DNA from: Octopus bimaculoides
Taxonomy: Eukaryota
DNA: 64,000 nucleotides
Direction of reading: 5' to 3'
Assembly: GCF_001194135.2 (NCBI RefSeq)
Contig: NC_068994.1
Span: forward strand, 29,104,342-29,168,341
Shown: positions 1 to 12,370 of the stretch, in pieces
How the letters are laid out: each line of letters starts with the position of its first letter
How positions within the stretch are numbered: the stretch's first letter is position 1
Position numbers and translations under genes: made by a program
The notes under the pieces: model-generated
The model's input: only the letters and a program-made list of their open reading frames with translations
Database searches by the model: none
What the model was told of the DNA's origin: nothing

Positions 1-1
1 G

Positions 2-249
2 TTCCGCGAATCGGTCGGCCAGGCGGCGCCCCGTTTGTCCGATGTACAGGGATTGGCAGAGAGAGCAGGAGAGGCAATATATGATGTTGGTAGACGTGCA
101 GGTGAAGGAGTCGGTGATGCGATAGGGTCGGTGATGGGTGCTGGTGAGGAGGGTGGTGTTGGAGAGGTAAGGGCAAGTGCAGCAGCGTGGGCGGGAGCAG
201 GGGAACGAGCCAGGTTGGGAGGTTGGGTTGGGGAAGAAGCTGTGGACTA
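2..249 (-). mobile_element. Penelope-like element, GIY-YIG endonuclease fragment (continues off the left edge of the window)
   Basis: Manual minus-strand translation, open frame not listed in the ORF track: IVHSFFPNPTSQPGSFPCSRPRCCTCPYLSNTTLLTSTHHRPYRITDSFTCTSTNIIYCLSCSLCQSLYIGQTGRRLADRFAE. It shows the Cys-rich PLE linker and the (N)IIY...YIGQT motif. Truncated at the (TA)n tract at about 250. Confidence 0.92.
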
Positions 250-279
250 TATATATATATATAGAGAGAGAGAGAGATG

Positions 280-415
280 ATAAGCTTCTTTCAGTTTGTG
301 TCAACCAAATCCACTCACAAAGCTTTGTATAACCTAGAACTATAGTAGAAGACACTTGCTCAAAGTGCTGTGCAGACCACATGCTTGGCAACAAGCTTTG
401 TAACCACAAAGCCAC
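280..415 (-). mobile_element. tRNA-derived SINE family A, 5' part
   Basis: Reverse complement matches the head of the full copy at 10758-11165 (tgtggttacaaagcttgttgccaagcatgtg...caagtgtcttctactatag...gtgagtggatttggttgac). Confidence 0.75.
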
Positions 416-929
416 AGCTGCACCTATAGCCATGTCTGCAGAACGTATTGTAGAAATGGTAAAATTCTGGACAAAATGTTGTATAGCATTTATCTCTGTT
501 TCTGTTGGCCACCATCATGAACACCAGAATCTGGAAGTGTATGGAAATAGACCAGACAGCAGAGAGAATACCGTCACACTGTAACTCTCATGATTCATAT
601 TTGTAACACAAGTCTCAGATAGATAGAGGCATGGTATAACTGGAAGAAAATAGATTGTAGGTCATACTTGGTTTTTGGCCAATTACTTTGCATGCCATAG
701 TTTGGGGTTCCATAATATAATCAACTTGGAAAGAGGTGTCTGTTATGTTGGCCTCAGACACACTACACACAGACAAAATCTTCAATTATTCTTCTACAAC
801 TCCTTTCTTCTATACATGATAACAATGAAAGTTCTGGTAGTCTTTAGTACTAAGGATTACCAGAACTTTCAGTCTGGTGGTGCTCTACTATGCTTGTGAC
901 CCTTCCATCATCAAAACAACAGCAAATAA

Positions 930-1141
930 TTCTAATTTTGGCACAAGGTTAGTTATTTTAGGGGGAAGGGTTTAGTTGATTATATTGATCCCAGTGCTTG
1001 ACTGGTACTTATTTTACCAACCCTGAAAGGGTAAAAGACAAAGCTGACCTTGATGGAATTTGAAGTTAGAATGTAAAGCTGGAAGAAATGCCACTAAATG
1101 TTTTGTCTGGCATGCTAACGATTCTGCCAGCTCACCACCTT
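930..1141 (-). mobile_element. tRNA-derived SINE family C
   Basis: ttttggcacaagg...gtacttatttt...gaaagg...gaatttgaa...gctaacgattctgccagctcaccacctt, the same family as the copies at 11500-12370 and 48108-48320. Confidence 0.75.
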
Positions 1142-1639
1142 AAACAACAGCAGATTATAATGATTTATTACATTGGCTCAAGGTGGGGGGAGAAAGAGGT
1201 AGTTAAATTGGTTTGTCCTCTGTTTATAGCTGGTACTTATTTTATTGATCCAAGAAAGTTCACTCTGGAGAAATCTAAACTGAAATTGTAGAGGGATAAA
1301 ACTAAAAACTGTAAAGTCTTTGGTTTCCTGTTTCACCATTTCTATCTCACCACACAATCTTATAGGAGCCTCGACATGGTCACTTACAAGCCAGAAATAA
1401 TAACCAAATCTATTTCAAATTATATCTTATTATCTTTTAAGAAAACACATTGGGGCATTCCAAGATATACTATGTATATGAAAAAAAAATAAACAAGATG
1501 TTGATGGCTGCTATGTCTTCTATCATAGGACAGCCTAATCCTGTCTCACCTGTGGTTGATCAACAAAAACATGCAATCTCTGCTGAATAGTTGAGACATT
1601 TAGTAACGGAGGAAGAAACTACCTCTCGCTCCTTCACTA

Positions 1640-1930
1640 AATGTTTAACTACAGGTCAGTCATGATCTAGCAAACTGTATTAAGAAAATCAAAGGTGTAG
1701 CAGTCATGGCCATTCTCTCTATTTTCTTAATACACAATGTTTCTAGGATCACATTATCCAGTGTCTTTTTTAAAGAAAATAGTGTGACTTTAGGGACATT
1801 TTGTTGCTCTTTCTAGCAAGCTGAGTGACTGCCTAAAGGTTCTTTTATTGTCATGGAGTTATATAGTTGTTGTTTAGCGACACATCGGCCCTCGTTGAGT
1901 AGACCTATATAACAATGCTGTTCCAGCTGT
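1640..1930 (+). repeat. Unclassified interspersed repeat family D
   Basis: The blocks aggtcagtcatga..., cattatccagtgt..., gctatttctagcaggtcgag..gtagaggc recur at about 3270-3465, 4490-4690, 5075-5450 and 63120-63220. Confidence 0.55.
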
Positions 1931-2736
1931 GATCATCCTGTCTTTTTGTGAGGTTCAGTGTACCCAGGACCACATTGTCTAATTTATCTTGAATTTTGTG
2001 ACAATTTGAGGGAGATGTGGCTTCTATTTCTAGCACTGCAAAGAGACTCATTGCATTGCTTCTTCAGTATCTCTGTTCATAGTTGTTTGTTGTTATGTAG
2101 ATCCAGTTCAGCAATGATTGCCCAATTGTATGGCACACAAGTAGTCAGCTGATCAGAGAGGTACAATCCACAGATGGATCTCTCTAGTGATACCATGTCT
2201 CTAGCTAATGACCATATTGCACACTATAGCATGCATTAATGAATTGTAAAGGCTGCAATGTGGCAGCCAGGATATATTTAACTCTATTCACAGTCCACTC
2301 TATTTCTCTACTCTATAGATACTTGTAGTGGGCACAGATGAAGTGAGTAAAGATCTTCTTAGTAGGCAGATAGACAGTTGGGAAGTGATTAGTGAAATAA
2401 GTAAATAAATACACTAAGGGAGGGACAAATGAGTAGATTTGATATGCAAAAAGCAAATAAAATGACTGTGGTTAAGTCTCAGTTAACAGTAATCAAGTGG
2501 ACATGATAAAAAACCACCCCAACCAGAACCATTTTATCTATTTTCTTATTACGACTCACATCTAAAAACTATGTTGGCCAACATTATTTTTTCCCACCTC
2601 CTAGAATTGTAGTCTCTGAGTTGCAGTTTTTAGTACAGAGATGGCAAATTTATATGAAAATCAGCAGTGACACACCAATATAACAACAAAAAAAAAATCT
2701 CCCAGTAAATATCATGCTTTAAAATGCTTATCTACA

Positions 2737-3115
2737 GGTGCAGGCAGAGGTGTGTGGTTAAGAAGCTTGCTTTGCAACCACATGGTTTTGAGTTTAGTCT
2801 CACAGTACAGCATCTTGGGCAAATGTCTTTTACTATAGCCTTGGGCAGACCAATGCTCTGAGAGTGAATTTGATAAACAGAAACTGCATAGAAGCCGGTC
2901 GTATATGTGTGTGTGTGTGTGTTTGTGCATCATTGTCTGTGCTCACCACTTGACAACCAGTGTTTGTTGACATCCCTGTGACTATGCAGTTCAACAAAAC
3001 AGGCAGATGGAATAAGCACCAGTCCTAAAAATAAGTACTGGGACCGACCTGTTCAACTTAAAAACTCTTGGAGCAGTGCCCCAGCATGGTCACAGCCCAA
3101 TGACTGAAATAAAGA
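2737..3115 (+). mobile_element. tRNA-derived SINE family A, near full length
   Basis: A-box-like gtgtgtggttaag, B-box-like gagtttagtctc, internal (TG)n, and a 3' end ccccagcatggtcacagcccaatgactgaaa, all collinear with 10758-11165. Confidence 0.8.
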
Positions 3116-5656
3116 ATTTACTTGAAACATACTGTTATTGGAGGGTCACTTACACGTCTACATATGTCAGATAATAGGAGAGTTAATAAGAAATTTAGAC
3201 CTGCTCAGCTAAGATTCGCAACCTTGCAGGTCAAGAGATTAAGAGAATCCCTTGTTTCAGTCATGTTTTTCATTTAACTCGAGGTCAGTTCTGATGGAGC
3301 CGACATGATAAAAATATTCCAGTTATGACCATCCATCTATTTTTAGGGTAAGTAGGACTACATTATCTAATGTGTCCTTATTTAAAACGACTGCAGTGTG
3401 TGATTTGAGGGAGATCTAGTTGCTATTTCTTACAAGTCGAGGGAACAAGTAGACGCTTTCTCGTGGCAGTGGTGTAGAGAAGGCAGTCAACTCTGTAATA
3501 GACATAATCTTTAAAAAATACAAAAAAATATACGAAAATTTTTCCTAATACACATTCTCTTCTACCGCTCTGTCTGTTTCTTGCTCTGCGACTCCCTCTT
3601 CATCCAATTAACACTATGCACGCATGTTGAAATTCTCTCTCCAGCCACCACTACAGTCGAAGTCGCCACCATCGTCATATCACTTTAGTGACATGGCACG
3701 GACACACAGACATCTAAATGCGCTCCAAACATCATCATCATCATTATCAACATCATTATCATCATCATCGTCATCTCAACCATCATCAGCACAAAATTCA
3801 CCCATTCAATAGTTATGTAATCAGTCTTCGAGAAAGCCATGAATATCATGACTAAACCGAAAATCAGGTTTTTACTATTATTTATGAAATAGTAGAAACG
3901 TTGGGTTAACGGATTAACAGCTTAAGTACTTTCGTTCTGAGTTCAAATTTCACTGGGGTTGATTTGTCCAGTATCGACACTGATAATAGGTAACGTACCG
4001 AGTTCGATTCAAGCGACTGTATATCTCATCCCTTTAAATCCGAACCAACGGGGTGGGATGGAGTGGGCTGGATGCCATCATTCAATGTGTTAGAAATAGA
4101 AACCAAATTTCCTTCAAACCATACGCGACCATTTCAAAAAAGGGAAGAACACATTGGAAATCGTAGTTCTTGATACATAGACACGCATACATACATACAT
4201 GTGTGTGTGTATTATATATATGCACGCATATATTATGTGTGTGTATACACGCACAAAACAAAGGCAGTGTGGCGAAGCCTGGATCGGTGATGACCCGGGT
4301 TTAATCAACAAGTACATGATGTTGTGTCAATTCGTGAAAAAAAATTATTCAAGAGTTATTTGTGTTATTTCTGTTGTCTTCTATTATAATTTCATTCGCA
4401 TCGAGAATGGGTGTGTACGAATATAAATCGAACCATGAAGGACGAAAGGTAAAACTGACCTTGGTGGGATTTAGGGCCGTAACTAAATACCTCTAAGGTC
4501 AGTCTTGTTGGAGAAAATCTATGAACAAATATGTTCCGTCTATGACTATCATGTCTTTTCAAACAGAGTATGTATATCTGGGACTACATTATCCAGGGTG
4601 TTCTTCCTGGATAATTTAACAGTAAGTAGGATGTAATTTAAAGGTGATTTTTGCTATCTCTAACTGGTCGAGACCACGTAGAGGCTCGTTAATTTATGGT
4701 TGGGTCTTAGAAGTGGCGATGGCAGAAATAGTAGAACGTCCGACTTAGAGCTTTATAAATATTTAACTGAGTTCGAATCCGTGCCAGTCGATGTGGGGGT
4801 TTCCATCCCGCCCGAGTCAATCGATTTAATCTTACAAAAAAAAAATGTAAATGAATAAAAAATAAAGGATATTTATTATCTCGAAGATTAGCCTCTGGTG
4901 AGATAGTTTCAATTTCCACAGAAAGTTATCTCGATTAATTTATTCGTTTATGTTCTTAAGGAAACAAACACATGAAGTTCACAGTATACAACTTCCCGCT
5001 AGCCACTAAATAACAGAAAAGAGAATTAATCAAGTCCCGCTCTATTATCTACACGCCCCTACAAATAAACCAAAAGGGGCTTTCTACGAGGTCACTCAAC
5101 TTGCTTAAAATAGCAGCCAAATCTCCTCCATAATCGCACCATACCTTGTTTAAAAAGGACACTCTGAATACTGTATAAAGTATACCTTGAAAAAAATGAG
5201 GTTGGTTACGGTGGGAACCGTTTTTGTATAGGCTTGCCTGACCAAGAGCTAAACAACACCACAGGTCAATGAGAGGACATCTACAGTTGTTCGACTTGCT
5301 TATCGCAACCAAATCTGCCTTAGATCACACCTAGAGCCGATACATTGCACAATGAAATCCTAAATATTCTTAAACAGATGGGATGGTCACAGATGGAATG
5401 CTTTGAACATAGGTCTACTCGATCAGGGTTGACCTGGGGGTCACACAACTGCTCCTAAGTAACGTCACTCGTTTTGGAAATGTATGAACATCACAACACC
5501 TCCATATTTCCTTCGCTAATAAAATTGTCTTGTTATCTCAATAATTAATTACTGCAGAAAGACCACCCCCACCCCATACTAACTATTAACCACTATATTT
5601 CTACATCTTTGCCTGCTTCACGAAATGAATGAATATCACATCACCTACAAACTTAC

Positions 5657-5972
5657 CCTACGAATCAAACCTTAACTTTGTTTTCTGAAAGCAATTTTGT
5701 TTTTCAATTAAAAAGTTACAATTTTTGTCATTTTTATTTTGCCGGCCATTTTTGAAGCAGAATTTAATTGATAAAAAAAAAAATCAATGCTTATCTTGGT
5801 ACGTTGTCAGAATAACCACGTATTTATATTAAACGCAAACAGTATCATTGCCTTTTCTATTCTTTCCTGTTTGTGATAAAAACAAATGTGGAAATAATCA
5901 TGTTTAATTCGCGACCCGGTATCATCAATTCTTGGCTGAGGCCATTTTATTTCATTCACATCAATAATGTAC
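5657..5972 (-). other. Candidate internal exon of a minus-strand transcript
   Basis: Minus strand shows an acceptor gttttactgttcatgcctttcccAG|G at 5973/5972 and a donor TAGG|GTAAGT at 5657/5656. Non-repeat sequence with no transcript support. Confidence 0.35.
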
Positions 5973-7130
5973 CTGGGAAAGGCATGAACAGTAAAACATC
6001 TCCGTCTTCCTCCTTTACATTTGAAATTGTGACAATGTGATTAATTTCCCCTTATTCTTGTATCCCAAATATGAGCGTGAGTGTATATGAACGTATGTAT
6101 ATAATTATAAAATTATGTAGAAATGTGTGTGGAAGGGACAAGAGGGGAATTGAGCTGTAAGGATTGTAGTAGTGTTTGCGGTTAATGTTATTAATCAACT
6201 TCTATATATAGCTTGGAAGAAATGTTGAATATTAATTCAAAAAAGAAGTACGAGGAGAAAAAAAAAGACAAGGTTTAAAAAACAAAAACAATAAATATTA
6301 ACAATAATTTGAAGAAAACAAACTGTTTCTTCGAAGTGTCACAGCTCACACTTCCCTTTCCATCTCACCCTTCCTTATTCTACAACGCAACTCACTCGTG
6401 CCTGCATTCACTAGATGCACGGTAATTGGGCACCTGTCACATCATGCACACCCTCCATTCCGCCACCCCGAGTATATGCTGCGTTTTAATGTGTGTGGCT
6501 GTATATTTATATACATACATGTGTGTGTGTGTGTGTGCGTGTGTATACAGTCTGGCAACGAAGGGACGAGGTAGGATGAATGAAGTTAAACAAAAGAAGG
6601 AGCGGATACTGACAGAGAATGGTAAATAGGTAAATAACTCGGTAAGCAGGTAGTTTCGCAGATAAACAGACAAGCGGATAGCTAGCAAGCTAGCTAGAAT
6701 ACGGGCGAAGGTAGGTAGAGTTGTATAGACAAATAGCTGGATAGATAGTAGCTATCTTGCTAAATAGGAGGCATAGGTAAAACGAGAGAGAGAGAGAGAG
6801 TAATGAAAGATAAAATGTCAAAGAAACAAAAGAGTGGAGAAAGAGGACGAAGCCATAGTCTGACATTGAAATTGCTAGCTAGGTAGATAAAGAGAGAAAG
6901 TGGTGGAAAGAGAATTACACGAAATGAAAGATTCGGAGAACAGGATGAAGACAATGAAACTGAGAAATGTATAAATGAAAAAATGAATGCTGATATACAT
7001 TAAAAATATAAAGGGAACTAGAGAAAATTAAAGAAATAAAGAGAGAGGCAAAGGGAGAGATACAAAGAACTTCTTTCAGACCTACATAACAGCTTTCCAA
7101 TGCTGACACAAACGAACACAAACATGTACA

Positions 7131-7165
<35 letters not shown>

Positions 7166-8111
7166 GTGCGTGTGTATACACGTGTGTGTATGTGTGGTAG
7201 ATACAGACATATGTAAAATTGATATATACATATATAAATTCCACAATGGAATGTACACAATCGTCTTATACAATAGCAATAATTTTATCTCCTACCCTTA
7301 ATAAAGGACCAGACCCCTCATTGTCCGCAATTACTACAAAATATGGGGATCAGTTCAACTTAGCTTACCATTACAATTGGTACCCCCACTTCTAGACCGG
7401 CTGCTATATAAACATATCTTAAAGACATTCTAATATATAAATGTATCTAAATAATCTTATAAATGTTTAAAAGACACATACATACATGCTATTTCTATAC
7501 TTAATGTATACACTTACTGGATATAGAAACAGAGCTGGTTTAGGAAAATGAAGTTTTTTAAAGAAAATTGCATTGAAAAAAAAAACAAAACAATCCCGAC
7601 CAGGACGACTTAATCTTTGCTAAGGAAAATGATGATAATCCTTAAAATCGAAAAAAGAATGTCATTGATGTGATCAGTGGTAATGATGATGACTATGATG
7701 GTGTTAAGAGAGGTTAAAGAAGGGGCAAATAAAGTGAGGGAGAGAGAGAAAGGAAGAAATGGCAATGAAAACGATGTTACCCTATCGTAAATGTAAGAGA
7801 AAAAGAGTGATAGAAGATGAATGAGTAAGAAACGGAGGGAAACAAGAAAGAAAAGAGAGAGAGAGAGAGAGAGAGAGATACGGGAAGAAGGACAAAAAAA
7901 GAGAAAAGGAAAGAGTATGAAATTATAAGTGGGAGAATGAGATTAAAAATGAAGATGAGAGAGAAATAAAGAAGGAGGATTAATCTAGAGCGGGGGGGGG
8001 GAGAAAGGAAAAGAATGCAGATGAATTTGAATGGAGCAGAAGAGACGAAGGTGGGGAGTGATGAATGACAGTGAGGCAGACTAAAGAAAAAACAGTGGAA
8101 AGAGAAATGTG

Positions 8112-8215
8112 CATACTCTCTCTCCTTCCTTTCCCGAGCGTCCAATAACACTATCCGTATCACGTCCTCACTTTGTTGTTTTTTTGTTATTGTTATTTTG
8201 TGTTTTTTTGAACTT
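8112..8215 (+). mobile_element. PLE terminal-repeat fragment, same family as 34564-34770
   Basis: catactctctctccttcctttcccgagcgtccaataacactatccgtatcacgtcctcac matches the reverse complement of 34564-34622. Confidence 0.65.
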
Positions 8216-8494
8216 ATATATATATATATATATATGCAGAGAGAGACAGAGAGAGAGTAAAGAGAAAAAGAGAGACAGAGGAAAGGCAAGAGTGAGGGTG
8301 GATAAAGAAAGGAGGGTGTGTAAAGATACAAATATATATGTAAAGAGAGAAAGAGAGAGGGGGCAGAGAGAGAGAGAGAGGTGAAAATCGAGTGAAAAAA
8401 GAGAGGACAGAACAGAGAGAGAGGAAGGGAGAGAGACAGAGAAAGTGAACAGAAAGAAAGATTAAGACAGAATGAGAGAGAGTGGGTTGCTTAC

Positions 8495-9300
8495 CTTGCC
8501 ATTTATTCATGAGCAAGTCCCAGGATCACAGCCAGGTTATTTTGTCATGTTCATGCCAAACCAAAGGATGCTTTTAAAAAGATGTGTTGCTGTGAAACTA
8601 GGGGGAGACAATGCTGTGTCCGGATATTTCATCCATTGGCTTCTAGAATTCATTAAAATTGCAAATTACGGCTTTTCATTTCATTTTCTCCGTCAAAAAT
8701 CCTTAAAACAGTAACGAAAGAATTGTTTTTGTTTTGCTTTCTCGTGGTGAGCGGGTTGATTATATATATATAAAAGAAGCAAACTAGTTAACTAAATAGA
8801 TTAGAAAACGAAACGAAATTAAAAGAATCAATGAATAAGTAAATGAATAAACGAACGAAAAATCCTGTTAGGCACATAAAGGGTGGCAGCAATGTTGTTT
8901 TATGGTGGTGGCAGCGGTAAAGGTAGCTAGCATCGACTGTAATGATAAAAGTGGTGGTGGCGGCGGTGGTGATGGTGGTGGTTGTTGTGGGTCGTCATTG
9001 TGGTAGTAGTGGGCTCGATGGCCATGGAAAACCGAGAGGCGGCGTCACCAATGCAGTAGGGTAGAATAAGGGTATCGGGTAGAGTGTAGTTGGAGTGTTG
9101 ACTGGAAAGATATTGGAAGAAACGGGTATTATCCAGAGAGGGAGAGAGAGAGAGATAGAGAGATAAAGTCATCGAGAGGGGAGAGGAGAAAAGGAAAGAA
9201 AGAAAAACAGAAGGCGAAGTGTCTCATCTGTCACTGGATCCAGTCTAACGTAGTTATTCATCGCATGTGGCCGAGAATGTTGTTATATACACAATCATAC
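8495..9300 (-). other. Candidate 5' exon (long, uORF-containing leader) of a minus-strand gene; 5' boundary uncertain
   Basis: Strong donor AAG|GTAAGC at 8495/8494, preceded by aataaATGG (ATG at 8502-8500). The region is CpG-retaining and non-repeat with (CAC)n-rich leader-like sequence. Pyrimidine-rich, intron-like sequence follows on the minus strand. Confidence 0.35.
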
Positions 9301-9378
9301 ATACATTTTCATATGTACACACTCATGCCTACTTGCCAGCCTTTGTATACAGCCAGTTACTAGCTAGCTAGGTCGCTG

Positions 9379-9417
<39 letters not shown>
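9379..9417. repeat. (TATC)n microsatellite, representative of many (TA)n, (CA)n, (GA)n, (TACA)n and (CAT)n tracts in the window
   Basis: Direct reading of the sequence. Confidence 0.95.
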
Positions 9418-9959
9418 ATGAAGAAAGAGAGAAAGCGAATGAAAAAAAGAAACGGTAGATCCCTAAAGGGAAAGGACAATAGATAAAAACAAAGAGAAGA
9501 ATGTATGATAACCCAGATTTTTTGCTTTTTGTAAATATTTCCTGTGAGTGAGTGAGTGAAAGAGAGAGAGAGAGATGTGTGTACCCGTAGCTTAGTATGA
9601 CCCATACAATCTAGTATTGCTATTCCATTTGAGGGTCAACATAACCTTTCAGCTTCCTACGGGCAACATTAATATATTGTTAACATTAATATATTAACCT
9701 TAATATACACCACACACTAACTAATAACTACAAGGAGTCTTTAAGCACGTTTATATTTTAGTTCAGTTAGATATTGGTCTGGAATTTTTCATCTTCTGCT
9801 TCTGTTCCCAGAGCCAAACATGTAACATCAGTTTTTCCCAGGCTGTTTAAATATAATCCGTATAACTCGGTAGTTGTATAGCCTTAAGCCGACCACTAAT
9901 TGGGTTATGTTGATGTGCTAGTTCATAGACTTACAAATCCTTAGATGAAGAGAACTTGA

Positions 9960-10300
9960 CTGAACTTTTTCATGATGTTAGTGTTGACGTTTGGCCAAAA
10001 CAAAAATTTGTAACATTTGTACAAAAATCAAGACCATTACATATCTTCTCTTCAGCCGCAATCGAGGCACCGTTCACCAAACCGCGCCAAGAATCGTTGT
10101 CCTTCATTAATTTTGTTAGATCCTCAGTTTCGTTGCGTGTCTCTGGGAATAGCATCAATGTAAGTTGAATGTATTTTTAGATGAATAGGTTATATTCCAT
10201 CTAATATGATTCTACTCAGAAGGCTGTAATATCATTTGACAGGAGCACGGTATAAAGAAATACATGGAACAAGGTGGTAACTTCAAATGCCTTTAATGTG
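9960..10300 (-). mobile_element. Probable 3' end of an RTE/RTE-X-type LINE (decayed)
   Basis: Minus ORF 9970-10158 contains EDLTKLMKDNDSWRGLVNGASIAAEE, which resembles the 'DL..LM.DR..WR..V' C-terminus of RTE-clade ORFs. Confidence 0.45.
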
Positions 10301-10757
10301 GCCACACGTATATATACAAGCTGGATGATAAATAGAAATGGTTTGATGCGTGGAAATCATGGTCTTCTCCTGTGCGTTGCTTCCTATCTGCTCGCTGGCG
10401 TATGGTGTGAGAGAGAGACTAGATCACGTCTTTACTGTCCGACGTCTTGGCGAGAAAGGAGGAAGAGATGAGTCTCTGGACCTTAATGTTGCGTAATACC
10501 CTTTATTGTTCAACTAATTAGGCAGCCGCCGTCAGGAAAGGTAACTGCGCCTACATATTCATGTCTTCTATTAGGATGCTGATGTCTTCAAAACAAAAGA
10601 GCTGATATTCATCACGACAGCAGTAGCCATCAAAGCTTACCTTGCTTTGAGGAACAATGATAGAAATGACTGGAATGTGTCCATAAATCTTCCTTTTAAT
10701 TTTATACTCTAAATTAAATATATTTTGAGCCACCATGAAAGAAACTTAATTTATGTA

Positions 10758-11165
10758 GGCGCAGGAGTGGCTGTGTGGTAAGTAGCTTGCTTACCAACCA
10801 CATGGTTCTGGGCTCATTCCCACTGCGTGACACTTTGGGAAAGTGTCTTCTACTATAGTCTCGGGCCGACCAAAGCCTTGTGAGTGGATTTGGTAGACGG
10901 AAAACTGAAAGAAGCCCGTCGTATATATGTATATATAGATGTGTGTGTGTATATGTTTGTGTGTCTGTGTTTGTCCCCCCAACATCGCTTGACAACCGAT
11001 GGTGGTGTTATTACGTCCCCGTAACTTAGCGGTTCGGCAAAAGAGACCGATAGAATAAATACTAGGCTTCCAAAGAATAAGTCCTGGGGTCGATTTGTTC
11101 GACTAAAGGCGGTGCTCCAGTATGGCCACAGTCAAATGACAGAAACAAGTAAAAGAGTAAAGAGT
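10758..11165 (+). mobile_element. tRNA-derived SINE family A, full length and well preserved
   Basis: ggcgcaggagtggctgtgtggtaagtagc (A box), gggctcattccc (B-box position), central (TA)/(TG) tract, 3' tail aaacaagtaaaagagtaaagag. CpGs are largely intact. Confidence 0.88.
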
Positions 11166-11499
11166 ATGTACCAGCAAAATGATCTCGAAGCTCTTTCCAG
11201 GTTTTGACTCAATAGCTGCAGCTCGTAAGTGCAGTTTCAGCTGAACATCTCTCAAGGTAAACAGGCTAACGTCACCACCATTGCCCCATATCTTAGATGT
11301 CTTCGTACAAACACCACTCTTTCCACAGTGTATCCCTTGATTGGCAGACTCATTAGTATGTAGGACAAAATGACTCAGTATTTAGTTATGACTCTTTTCG
11401 ATCTGAGTTTAAATCCTTCTGGTGTTAACTTTGTCTTTCGTCCTCCCAGGGTCGATAAAATAAAGTATCAGTCAAATACTTGGAACGATTTAATATCGG

Positions 11500-11691
11500 T
11501 TTCAAATTTTGGCACAAGGCTAGCAATTTTAGGGGAGAGTATTTAACCGGTGTTCAACCAGTACTTATTTTATCGACACTGAAAGGATGAAAGGCAAAGT
11601 CGACTTCGGCAGAATTTGAACTTAGCCCGTCAATGAAATGCCGCTAAGCATTTTGCCAGGCATGCTAACCATTCTGCCAGCTCGCCTCCTT
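11500..11691 (-). mobile_element. SINE family C copy (cluster member)
   Basis: Reverse complement begins aaggaggcgagctggcagaatggttagc and contains gtcgactttgcctttcatcctttc. Confidence 0.8.
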
Positions 11692-11710
11692 TAGGATTGA
11701 TTTTATATTA

Positions 11711-11909
11711 GTTTCAAATTTTGGCACAATTTTGGAGGAGGGTGCTACTTCGATCCCCAGTGTTCAACTGGTTCTTAATTTACCGACCTCTGAAAGGATG
11801 AAAGGTAAAGTCGACCGCGACGGAATTTGAACCCAGAACCTAAAGAAAGACGAAATGCTACTAAGCATTTTGCCCGGCGTGCTAACGATTCTACCAGCTT
11901 GCCACCTTT
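11711..11909 (-). mobile_element. SINE family C copy, tandem with 11500-11691
   Basis: Collinear with the previous copy, and both are followed on the + strand by a similar spacer ttaggatt(g/a)attt(t/a)atatta. Confidence 0.8.
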
Positions 11910-11938
11910 AGGATTAATTTAATATTAACATAAAGTCC

Positions 11939-12095
11939 AAGGCGGCGAACTGGCAAAATCGTTAGCACGCTGGGCAAACGCTTTACATTCTGAATTCAAA
12001 TTCCGTCGGGATCGACTTTGCCTTTCATCCTTTCGGAGTCGATAAAATCGACTTATCCCTATCCAAAATTGCTGGCTTTGTGCCAAAATTTGAAA
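11939..12095 (+). mobile_element. SINE family C copy with target-site duplication
   Basis: aaggcggcgaactggcaaaatcgttagc...gaattcaaattcc...gtgccaaaatttgaaa, flanked by aatattaacataaagtcc and aatattaatataaagtacc. Confidence 0.8.
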
Positions 12096-12227
12096 TTAAT
12101 ATTAATATAAAGTACCTAGTGGGTTAGAGTGGGTTAGAGTGGGTAAATTGATATGGTTGATGTTCTTGAAACTTGTCTTTGCTAGCAGTTTCATGCCATT
12201 ATGGATATCTTATCTTTTTGTATCTTT

Positions 12228-12370
12228 AAGGCAGCGAACTGGCAGAATTGTTAGATCGTCGGTGGAAATGCCTTGCTGTATTTGATCCGGCTCTCTACGC
12301 TGTAAGTGCAAATTCTGCTGACGTTAACGTCTTTGTCTTTCATCCTTTCGGGGTCGATCAATAATTATCA
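12228..12370 (+). mobile_element. SINE family C copy, 3' truncated
   Basis: aaggcagcgaactggcagaattgttag...ctttcatcctttcggggtcgat. Confidence 0.7.

Noticed and set aside
35-280. 81-aa plus-strand ORF
   Set aside because: It is the antisense shadow of the PLE GIY-YIG frame running into a microsatellite.
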